NCBI RefSeq assembly: GCF_006345805.1
Contig: NC_043012.1
Coordinates: forward strand, 30,876,001-30,940,000
Source: Octopus sinensis
Lineage: Eukaryota
Length of the DNA stretch: 64,000 nt
Direction of reading: 5' to 3'
Numbering within the stretch: position 1 is the stretch's first letter; every line of letters starts with the position of its first letter. This document shows positions 52,931 through 64,000 of the stretch, in pieces. The notes below the pieces were generated by a model. It was not told the DNA's origin. It saw nothing but the letters and a program-made list of their open reading frames with translations, and ran no database searches. Both the position numbers and the translations under genes were made by a program.

Positions 52931-53099
52931 ATTCTCACACACGACCCGCATTAGGCCCCCTCACTCATACTATTATAGAACCGGGAGTCTAACTATAGTC
53001 CTTCCGTAGCACTTATATAGCCTCCTTGGTCTTCTGGATACCAAACCCCGCTTTCTCTCTCTATCTCTCTCTCGATGGATAGATAGATACACATTCAAA

Positions 53100-54300
53100 G
53101 ACGCTAATTAGGATAAAGGATGGTAGAGTTGCGTCCGTTATGGTTGCGGTTTGAGGCGTTGGTGGTAGTGATGGTTGTGTTCGTGTTACAGTGTATAGCG
53201 TGGGGGGGTGATGTGGTGGTGGTGGCGGTGGGGGGGGGGGGGGGGGTAGAGTGCTTCTATCGCTATTAATGATTGAACTGGTGTGGTGTCGTTGTTGGTT
53301 CTATAGTGTTGGTCATATTGTTGGTAGTCATGTTTGACTGGTGTATAATGGGGGTGGGGGAACTAGTTAGATACAGCTGTGATATATTGTCGAGTGGGCC
53401 GATGGTGTGTGAAATGTGTGTGTGTGCAATGTGTGTCTAATGTGTGCGTCTGTGTAATGTGTGCGATGTGTGTATGAGGTGGCGTTAGATGAAGTGGTGG
53501 TGTTTGATAATGGTGTGAGTGGAGGGAGGATGAACACTCGAGAGGGAAAATGGCGACGGTGCTGTTGGTGTTGGTCTTGTGAGGATGGTGGTGGTGGTGA
53601 TGTTGATAATAGTGTGGTGATGGTGTTGGTGGTCCTGATATTGGGGCGGCAGCGGCGGTGGTGGTGGTGATGGTAACGATTGTGATGGTGTTGATGATGA
53701 TGATGATGCTACTGTTGGTTTTAATGGTGGTGGTGGTGGTGGTGGGGTCTTGATGGTTGTTATGGTAGTGATGGTGGTGTGAATGGTAATGTAGTGGTGG
53801 TGGTGGTGGTGGTGGTGGTGGTGAACGTAATTGTTATACCAGTTGTGTTGGTGGAAGTGGATGTGGGTAACGCTGTTAGTAGTTGTGCCTTTGTTGGTGG
53901 CGGTGGTGGTGAAGTGTTAGTTGTATTAGTGGTGGCGGGTGAAGGGGTAGAGGGTGAAGGGGCTGGTAAAGGTGGTGTTAGTTTACCGAGAGGCAGGGGT
54001 GGGGGTCAGGGTGTGTCGAGTTGAGTTATATGGAAAGAGGGCGGCGATTGAGGGGAAGAAGAAGGGGCGGGGTAAGTGGGAGGCAGAAGAGGAATGGACA
54101 CGGTTTGGTCGTGACTCCGATTACTTTGTGGTCAAACCGTGGGAGTGATGGCAATAAATAAATGAATAGCAAAACAATAGAGCAACAACAATAACGATAA
54201 CAATAAGCGGCAGCAACAACGTGAACAAGAACAACGTCAGCAGCAGCAATGACAAAAACAATAACACCACCATCACCACCACCACCAACGGCAACTCTGT
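53100..54300. repeat. (GGT)n-rich low-complexity region
   Basis: Direct inspection; similar (ACC)n blocks at 16300-16580 and 59130-59570. Confidence 0.9.
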
Positions 54301-54499
54301 TACAAAAACGTAACAAGTCAACAAAGAAGATTCTACTTGGTCCCTCGATCTGATAGATAAAACAGCTAAATCTTCCTAAAATAAAGGATATACCAAATAA
54401 TGTAGTGCTGTAAAGCTATAAAAATACGAGAAGGTCATGGTTGGAATGCCTTTGATGGTTTACCTTCGATGAAACAACAAAAATATAGCCGTCACTCAC

Positions 54500-54802
54500 G
54501 AGCGAATGTGAGTTGGTAAGACATACCATGCTTTCACTGATTGTTTTTCGGTAGCTGTCCTAAACAAAGTCCTCTGGACTCTCCCAGCTCGTACTCAGCT
54601 GCAAATGAGGGATGCAACGGTTGGAGGAGAAAGGGAGTGGCCCCAGGTCTAGGCTGATACTCAGCCATTGCTGACCAGACTGGAGCAACCAAATGCGTAG
54701 AATGAACTACCTTCTCCGGAGACATCGTCCCACCTTGCCCCTCTCAGAACCGACGACCTTATAATCGCGAGACCAAGACCCTAACTTTTAGGTCATGTGT
54801 CC
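54500..54802 (-). mobile_element. Probable tRNA-derived SINE (third family)
   Basis: Minus: GGACACATGACCTAAAAGTTAGGG..GTCGGTTCTGAG head followed by a body ending CATTTGCAGCTGAGTACGAGCTGG. Confidence 0.45.
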
Positions 54803-55181
54803 TTACAATATGACTAGGAAATAAAAAACAACAACAAAAACATCGACAAAGACAACAACAAGTACAACCACATTAACAATAACGACACTGCGATGGTGAC
54901 CATGACAACGACGATGGCGGCGGCGGCGGCGACAAGGACAACGATGTGACAACGACATTAATAGTAACGACGTCGAGTATAAGGACGGCGATGACGACGG
55001 TGTTGAGGACGATGACAAGGAAGACCGTAACGAAAACGTCGACGATGACAGCCTTAATGATAACAACGACGACAGCAAAGACAGTGACAATGAGAACGAC
55101 GACAACGAAGACGACTCTATACCGAGAGCCTATCAATCCTTAACCAAATATCTGGCGAGAGAACCTCAATATTATTAAGAA

Positions 55182-55589
55182 CTAGCAGTATCGCCCGGCG
55201 TTGCTCGGGTTTGTAAGGGAAATAACTATATAAGCATTTTTAGAGATGTAAAGTATAATAGCCATCTCAATATGGCTAGCCACAAAGGGGGGGGGTGTTA
55301 CTGTAGCTTTTTACGTTCTGAGATTTAATAATAAATTTTTAGAGAGTTACTTCCCTTATATATGCCAAAAATGCATTAAAAATGAGAAAAATTGATGGTA
55401 ATTTTTTTTTTAATCGTAGACTCATCGTAGACTCATCGTAGACCCGCGCTAATATCCAGAAGGGCTCGATATGAATCACGACAATAAGATACCCGGTTTT
55501 GGTTAAACTGCACCGCAAAATGTGGGAGTAGTTAGGAATCTAAATCGTAGGAGACAGACAGCACACAACCTCACTTTTATATATAAAGA
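55182..55589 (-). mobile_element. Non-autonomous Helitron
   Basis: A|TCTTTATATAT 5' end; CCCGAGCAACGCCGGG hairpin + ATACTGCTAG|T. Confidence 0.85.
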
Positions 55590-55649
55590 TATAATATGAA
55601 ATATCTTGTTCTATTATAATGTATTATAATATATTATAATATATTATAA

Positions 55650-56028
55650 TCTCTCTATATATAAAGCTGAAGTTGTCTGTGTATGGCTGGTTTGGTAGCC
55701 GTCAACTAACATTATCTCCTCCAAGACCCTGCGGCGCAAGTTGACCAAAATCGGAAGCATGATAGAAGAAGGCTTGCTCTTCCTTCAGTAGCAGAATTCA
55801 AATCGGAGCATGTTAGCACCAAAAATTATTTACATCAAAAAGGTGCTTTTTTTCTATGAAAATCCCTATCTTTTACGACTTTTTTTTACTGCTATGTCGG
55901 CATTTTTCGGTGTATTTCAACCAGAAAAATGTTCACTTAAAGAGAATAACAAGCTACATAATGCAAAATTTTTACTTTTCAAAAATTCCAATTCTAAAGG
56001 GTCGAAACAAACCCGGTGATACTGCTAG
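55650..56028 (+). mobile_element. Non-autonomous Helitron
   Basis: A|TCTCTCTATATATAAAG 5' end; AACCCGGTGATACTGCTAG|T 3' end with hairpin partly deleted. Confidence 0.8.
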
Positions 56029-56699
56029 TATATTGTAATATATTGTAGTATTTTACAACAATATAAGCATTAAATATACTTTCAGATACGGAACTCTTCA
56101 TAGGTAAGGAGTTAATCCACCCAGAATACTAATATGCTTATTACAAACCAACAATTATTGATGGGAGATCCACTCGAACTGCTAGAAAGAGGAGCGAAAT
56201 AGCCCACAAATTACACACATCTATATTAGCAAAAGGAGAGTCGAATAAAAATGAAAATATGAGGAAATAAACAGGCCAAGAAGGGCTTTGATTATTAGGT
56301 CCGCTAGATCAAAACTGACCTGGGGATGAATTAAAGCTACGACAATATCAGTAAAAGTCTGGCTTAATGCATCAAACCCTGCAATCTATTGTAAAAAAAA
56401 AGAAAAGTTTTGCGGCACATTGGATAATGTAGTCAGGAATACATCTGAAAAAGCGGCGTGGTCACGGTTGGAATTCTCTTGATAATAGATGTACATTATC
56501 AGGATTTATTTGATAGTGATGGTGGTGTTGGTGTTGGACAATAGCAAAAACAACATCAACAGCAAGAGCAACTAGCATAGCAACAGTTACACTTGTGGTT
56601 GTGTGGCTGTGTTTCCCACCCGCGTAGTTCTGGGTTCATATATATGTGTATATTTACGTATACATGCATACATACATACATACAAATTAAGAAAAATGG

Positions 56700-57110
56700 A
56701 GATATAGCATTTAATAAAAATTTGTTATCTGCAAAAATCCATCATATTCTCTTACAGTTGTTTCAATTAAGCCTAAAAGATTAAAATATTATTAAATCAT
56801 TATATTAGCAAAATCTCATGAGAAGGGTAGAAAAAGATATACCTTTAGGTTATTAGTTATTGTTACCGAATCATCTCAGCAGACCGAATATTATTTTATG
56901 GCCAATATTGGTATAAACCTGATTGTTTTAGTGGGTCATGGATAATATGTGAATACAATCAGGGTAATAATTGGTAAATAGATAAATGTTTACCTATTCC
57001 CTCATTCATTTGATACTGTTATTCACTGTAACTCACTATCTTATCTTTATTTACTAATTATTACCCTCTAACTGAATGTGTATATAATATACATACATAC
57101 ATACATACGT
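56700..57110 (-). mobile_element. PLE-type 3' end with degenerate hammerhead (~56743-56830), family of 33190-33570
   Basis: Minus: CTT-CTCATGA-GATTTTGCTAATAT..AATT-GAA-ACAACTGT-A-AGAG; shared AAAGATATACC with the 33280 region. Confidence 0.5.
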
Positions 57111-57124
57111 ACATATATATATAT

Positions 57125-57351
57125 ATATAATAAATATTAGGGAATGAATCCAAAATTACAGGGAAAAATCAGATTTAGGGTTAAATCCAATTTTATAGTA
57201 AAATATTATATAATATAATTCGAGACAAAACCACTATTTTAAAACCAAACAAGAAAAGATTTAATCAATACATAAAATTTTAATATTAAAATTTTATGTA
57301 TTGATTAAATCTTTTCTTGTTTGGTTTTAAAATAGTGGTTTTGTCTCGAAT

Positions 57352-57362
<11 letters not shown>
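57125..57362. repeat. Family 3' end containing a perfect 156 bp palindrome (57207-57362), in (TA)n
   Basis: Arms checked base by base over 57211-57358: identical, no loop; homologous to 33728-33800 and 36340-36480. Confidence 0.95.
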
Positions 57363-57411
<49 letters not shown>

Positions 57412-58171
57412 CTTAAACGAGCATGTTATTGATTGTCAATATCTTAAGAAAAATATATTTATACCTTAGAAAAATATAGGTTAATGTAAAATTGTTTATA
57501 TTATAACTGAACATAAAAACAAGCATTAACATACACATGTATATATGCATGTGTATATGTATGTATGTATGTACGCATGTATGTTCTCTTTCACTTTTTA
57601 ATATCATCTTTCAAATCTTAAGAAGGTCTTGTAGATTTCTATAGCCCTAGGTATCGTGATCGTTGTAGCATACGAATCACTTTTATGTATTTTTAAACAT
57701 TTCTTTAGTCAAGCTTTTCTTTATTACTTTTTCTCGCCATGTTTATACATTAAATCATCACTTTTTTTCTTCATTTTACAAACTACTTCCGTCATTTTCC
57801 GTTTCCGTTTTCTCTTTACATGCCTTTCATTCTACGCTTACTTCCGGCCAATATCCGTTACAATTGTGTGCAGTCATTACCTCAACACGCGTTTTTCCTC
57901 CTGTACTATTAGTGTCAATTTATATTACAAACTAATTAATATATTTACGTTTATTTAATCCGTTATTTATTATTTTTGTATTCACTTCCTTTTTTTTATT
58001 TTTATCTGTCTTCTTCTTATAAACAACTTCCTGTAATTTTCCCGCGGTTTCCGCCATCTTTTTTTCTTTTCGTTTCTTTTTCATTAAATAAAACATGTTA
58101 AATGTTTCATTTGCTCTTTTCTTTATCTTTATTTTATTCTACATTCCCCTAACACATTCACACAAATACAT

Positions 58172-58218
<47 letters not shown>

Positions 58219-58585
58219 CAGAGAACACGTGTGTGCATATATTTAAGTGCATGCATGTGTGTGCATATATGTATGTATTTACACTCATGTCGTGTGTATA
58301 TGCGTGTTTGCTCGTGCGTGCGCGTATTTATTTGAAGTACAAATTTCTTTTTTCGCTGCTCCTCATTTTCTTGTTTCCGGTTAATACGGAATCATGGTTT
58401 CTGGTTCCGATGTTTTGCGCGGCACCTTGGTCAAGTGTCACCTAATATAGTTCCAGGCCGACCAATGCTTGGTGAGTAGATTTGACTGTCAGAAACTGTG
58501 GGATAGCTTATCGAATATATGTGCATACATATATGTGTGTGTGTGTTTATATATATACTTCGTTTTTGGATTTGGTTTGCAACAA

Positions 58586-58622
58586 CTATTGAAAAGGTTG
58601 CAAGGCGCAACGAATATTTTAG
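58586..58622 (+). ncRNA. Second-family U3:A8 hammerhead motif, degenerate at A15.1
   Basis: CTA-TTGAAAA-G-GTTGC-AAGGC-GCAAC-GAA-TATT-T-TAG. Confidence 0.5.
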
Positions 58623-59148
58623 GAAAGATAAATAGGTAAATGAGTGGAAGCTTAACCGGTGCGTGTGTTAAATAACAAGGCATTAAAAGAGAATGACTCC
58701 CTCCAGAGATAATATATTAAGCGTGTGTGTTATAGTTGGATGCAAATTATGACCAGATCCTGCCATCATGCTACAAGAGCAGATGTGCATGCATGTACCA
58801 ATAAGAGAGAAAATTTACCATTTACGGTGAGTGTTTGGTGCTCAGCTGATCCAACCCGCATATTGGTAACTGTATGAAGTGTTTCGGCTCATAGTTCAAT
58901 TAGTGCTCCTTCGGTTTAAACAACAACAATGATGACATTGTCTGTGACATAAAGTAAGACGTCTAGGACGAGAATGGGTGTCAATAATGGCATGTCCTAA
59001 AAAGCATTTGACTGCTATTTTTGTTTGATCGGCCACAACATATTGAAAGATATCAAAGAATGGATGCCTGGCGAGATTTGAAATCAGAACTTAAAGAAAT
59101 ATAACAACGTCAGATATTTTGCACATTGTTCCTTTACTACTACTACTA

Positions 59149-59190
<42 letters not shown>

Positions 59191-60297
59191 ATGTACTAAC
59201 TTTTCGCAGGGTGTTGCATATTTGCCCCCTTGTACTCTGCCCTACCCAACCTCTCCGTCCTCTCTCCACACCACTCAAACCTCGCCTTTTCTTCACCACC
59301 ACACCACCACCACCACCACCACCACCGCCGCCGTAACCATCACACCCACGTCCCTACGCAATCTACACCCTATCCACCTATTGTCACCCCCCTACTACGC
59401 CACTATCACCTCTGCACTACCACCACCACCACCACCACATCCCCCGTTATCACTAACCAAAAACACTTGTACCACCACCACCACAACCATTTCACTCACT
59501 GATTACTACCACCACCAACAACATCGCTACTGCCACCACCACCACCAGCACTACCATCACTCTATTCTTTACCTTTGACCGTCCTCCTCATCCCCATCTC
59601 CTCACTTCCATTGCGACTTCTCTCTCTCTCCCTCTCTCCTTCTTTCTCCCTTACACTCTCTCAATTTCTCACCCTCTTTTCCTGTTATTCTCTCTTCTTC
59701 TTGTTTAACACCTTACTATCCATCTATCCTCCCCCCTCTCTCTCTCTCTCTCCCTCTATCTATCTATTTCCAATCAATCCTCACCGTAGCCATAAATTTT
59801 GCCCTTTCTTTCTCAGTCTCCTTCTCTCTCTCCTCTTTCTTTCTCTTCTTCAGGTCCCTCTTTTCAGTCTCCACCAACCTCCCAACCCTCTTCACCTCCT
59901 CCCCCCGCTGCAAAACCACCCGCAAGAACCGATCCCCCTCCTTCACCTTCCACCACCACCCCGCACTTGCTTCTGTTCATCCACTCCATTGTAAACCACT
60001 GGCTGAAAAACAACGGGTAGCCCTTCCTATCATAATTGCCTTTCGGCAGGGGATAAATGACACAGAGCCACACACGCACACTACCACGCACTCTGAATAC
60101 TATGCGTCCACAAACGCAAACATCACACATCAGGCATTACACACAGAAACAAGCATAAACATCGCTTATTACACACACACACACACACACGTACGTACAA
60201 TGAGTTCACATATGCGCACACAGAGACACGCGCACATGCACATACGCAGTTAAGTAAAAAAAAATATATCATCTCACACGTATAAACACAGAACACA

Positions 60298-60630
60298 CAC
60301 ACACACAGCCAAACGCACACACACACACACACAGCCAAACGCACACACACACACACAGCCAAACGCACACACACACAGCCAAACGCACACACACACACAC
60401 AGCCAAACGCACACACACACACACAGCCAAACGCACACACACACAGCCAACGCACACACACACACACACAGCCAAACGCACACACACACACAGCCAAACG
60501 CACACACACACACACACACAGCCAAACGCACACACACACACAGCCAAACGCACACACACACACACACAGCCAAACGCACACACACACACACACACACACA
60601 GCCAAACGCACACACACACACACACACACA
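60298..60630 (+). repeat. Minisatellite: 13 units of CAGCCAAACG(CA)n
   Basis: Counted directly; one unit lacks an A. Confidence 0.97.
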
Positions 60631-60755
60631 CAGACGGACACAAACACAAATACATAAAGAAAATACTGATGCCCACAGACAGAACCATAAACGGATACAC
60701 ACATATACACACAGGTTCACGTATACATACGAACTCTGTTACACTATCTCAGAGA

Positions 60756-60793
<38 letters not shown>

Positions 60794-61286
60794 AAAATGA
60801 AATAATTAAATAAGAATAAAACCAAAAATAATTCTAACAAACCCGTAAAAACTATAAAAATATATTAAAAAAATTAGCCATCCTCCCACCCCTATACACA
60901 CACGCTCTTCCCCGTCCACCCACCCCGTCCACCTCAAACTGAACCCTACCCGCCAGCCTCCCGTCACCCCAATCTTGCACGTGCGATGTACGCTCTTGAC
61001 TATCTAAAGCTCACTGTTGGTGGGTGACGGTGAGAGGTGTGTGTGTGTGTGAGATGGTGGAGGGAGGTACCCAAAGGGGTGGGTGGCATACCACTCCGAC
61101 CCACCCATTTACCACCCTAACACACCACAGTAAACATAAACTAAACAAACAAACAAAAAACATTTTTTAAAGAATATTGTCTCTCCTCCTCCTCCTCCTA
61201 CTACTACAGTATTTCTCCCCCGTCTCTGTTGGTCTCTCTTTCTCTCACCCGATACATCAGTTTCATCTCGCCCATTCTATGTAACC

Positions 61287-61890
<604 letters not shown>

Positions 61891-62081
61891 ACATATATGT
61901 GTATGTGTGTGTGTTAGTGTGTATATACACTTGCATGTATGCATGTATGCATGTATAGGTGTATGCATGAATATGTATATGTATGTTTATGAATATATGT
62001 GCGCGTGTATTCGTGTATGCATACTGTATGTACAAACATATACATGCATATATGTATATATTCTATATATACATGCATGTA

Positions 62082-62122
<41 letters not shown>

Positions 62123-62129
62123 CATTTAC

Positions 62130-62545
62130 AGGAGTGGCTGTGTGGTAAGTAGCTTGCTTACAAACCACACATTGTTCCGGGTTCAGTCCCACTGCGTGGC
62201 ACCTAGGGCAAGTGTCTTCTACTATAGCCTCGGGCCGACCAAAGACTTGTGAGTGGATTTGGTAGACGGAAACTGTACGAAGCCCGTCGTATATATGTAT
62301 ATTTATGTATGTGCGTGTATATGTTTGAGTATATGTGTTGCCCCCCCCCGCCAACATCGCTTGACAACCGATGCTGGTGTGTTTACGTTCCCGTAACTTA
62401 GCGGTTCCGCAAAAGACACCGATAGAATAAGTAATAGGCTTACAAAGAATAAATCCTGGGGTCGATTTGCTCGACAAAAGGCGGTGGTCCAGTATGGCCG
62501 CAGTCAAATACAGAAACACGTAAAAGAGTAAGAGTAAAAAGAGTA
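62130..62545 (+). mobile_element. SINE family A, full length
   Basis: GGAGTGGCTGTGTGGTAAG A-box, GGGTTCAGTCCC B-box, CCTAGGGCAAGTG core, 3' CAGTCAAAT..GTAAAAGAGTAA. Confidence 0.92.
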
Positions 62546-62716
62546 TATGTACATATATATATAAAGGCAAAATTAATAGAGGTCATATATATGTGTGTGT
62601 ATATATATTGATATACGTATATATTTACACACACACATGTATAAATATATATACACATACACATATGGCTGATATACATATATACATATAATACATACAT
62701 AGATACATACATGCAT

Positions 62717-62980
62717 TACAAGTTCATGTTTATACCTGTAATTATCGAGGCCCTGGGATATGTATCACACTGCTTAAATACCAATCTTCAGAAATTAGAA
62801 TTCGCAAAACGAGGAAGGAAAATGCTAATTCGAAGACTACAGGTCCAATGCATCACTGGAACTGTAAACATCTGTAAAACTTTCCAGAAGTTTATCATTT
62901 AAGTATATATGAGCATGTCTAGATATGTAACTATATTCCATGAGAAGACATACATAAAACAAAACATACAAATCTGTACG
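62717..62980 (+). mobile_element. REL-endonuclease non-LTR element 3' end, flanked by (ACAT)n
   Basis: YKFMFIPVIIEALGYVSHCLNTNLQKLEF..LIRRLQVQCITGTVNICKTFQKFII*; homologous to 22036-22213. Confidence 0.85.
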
Positions 62981-63767
62981 CATACATACATACATACATA
63001 CATACATACATACATACATACATACATACATACATACTACATACATACATACACTGTTGTTGATGCTGAAATTCCAGTGAATGAGTCTTGGATCCAGTTT
63101 AGAAACCGGCTCTTTATCAGCAAGAAATCTTGAAATAAAACTGAACAGTGACATGCGTATATACATATAGGGTGAGTAGTTTTCCGAATTGGGCTGTAGA
63201 GGAGATCACCGGGGATCGAAACCTGATTGCCTCTCTAAGTTAGTCAGTATATTACACACTGCTTCTTGATGTATGGAGTACTTTATTGTAAATAGAAATC
63301 CCATAATCTTACGGACAAACACAAATGTATATTATACGTACTTATATATATATATAATTACATACATATTAACAGACAAGCATGCACGTACACACTGCAT
63401 CTGCGCATATGCATATATATACACATACGCATAAATAATGTGTGACTATATATATATATATACAGTAAGAACTAATATTTGTCTCTTCTAATAGAAACAA
63501 AAGGGTTTATAAGACTGCAAAAGAAGTGCTCAAATATAAATGAGACGAAGATAAAGAAACATTGGTTATAGAACAAACATTAAATTTGAGCCAACGATTT
63601 TCTATATAACACCATACTTCAAACATTTAATCATATATTAAAAAAACACCGTGGTTCCCAAACACGGATCTTTTCGGTTTGAACGGCAGTTTTTTTCTAG
63701 CGGTGTCATATGAAATTGTCACCCATAATTATGACCCTAGTATCGATCTATTACATTTCAATCTGTT

Positions 63768-63806
63768 TTAGGGTTAGGGTTAGTTAGGGTTAGGGGTGAG
63801 GGAAGG
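63768..63806 (+). repeat. Interstitial (TTAGGG)-like tract inside an unclassified repeat
   Basis: TTAGGGTTAGGGTTAGTTAGGGTTAGGGGTGAGGGAAGGG. Confidence 0.8.
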
Positions 63807-64000
63807 GTATCTTTTTTTCTTCACAAATGCAAATAAACCCAATCTGTTTCTTAAACGAGGGACATACTCATACGACACAGAATGGTTTTTTTTTACCTCA
63901 ATGGACGTCATTGATTGGTTGAAATTGCAGAAATTGAAGAAAAAACAACAAATATCTTACAAACTATAGAATTTCTCAATAAAGCCAAGAGAAAAAGATG

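Noticed and set aside
60298-60630. CRISPR-like repeat-spacer look
   Set aside because: Spacers are pure (CA)n, the repeat is 10 bp, there are no cas genes and the context is eukaryotic.

Overview
Eukaryotic, AT-rich, microsatellite-saturated, almost entirely repeat-derived window. The SINE families and simple-repeat load resemble an Octopus (coleoid cephalopod) genome; this is recognition, not a database result. No host protein-coding gene is supported, and nearly all listed ORFs are translations of (TA)n/(CA)n/(TCTA)n/(TAA)n tracts. Supported content: several Penelope-like retroelements (PLEs; RT and GIY-YIG remnants), R4/Dong-type and other REL-endonuclease LINE 3' ends, CR1/L2-type LINE fragments, a full-length decayed mariner, a Tc2/pogo-type and a maT-like transposase remnant, Tc1/mariner MITEs, four non-autonomous Helitrons and many copies of two tRNA-derived SINEs. 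The main signal outside the ORF track is about 17 minimal type-I hammerhead ribozyme motifs from several sequence families. Many sit in fold-back insertions whose two 3' ends point outward into (TA)n/(CA)n tracts. Recurrent non-canonical cores occur (U3:A8 compensatory pair; U4C). All ribozyme calls are by-eye structure matches and are untested.
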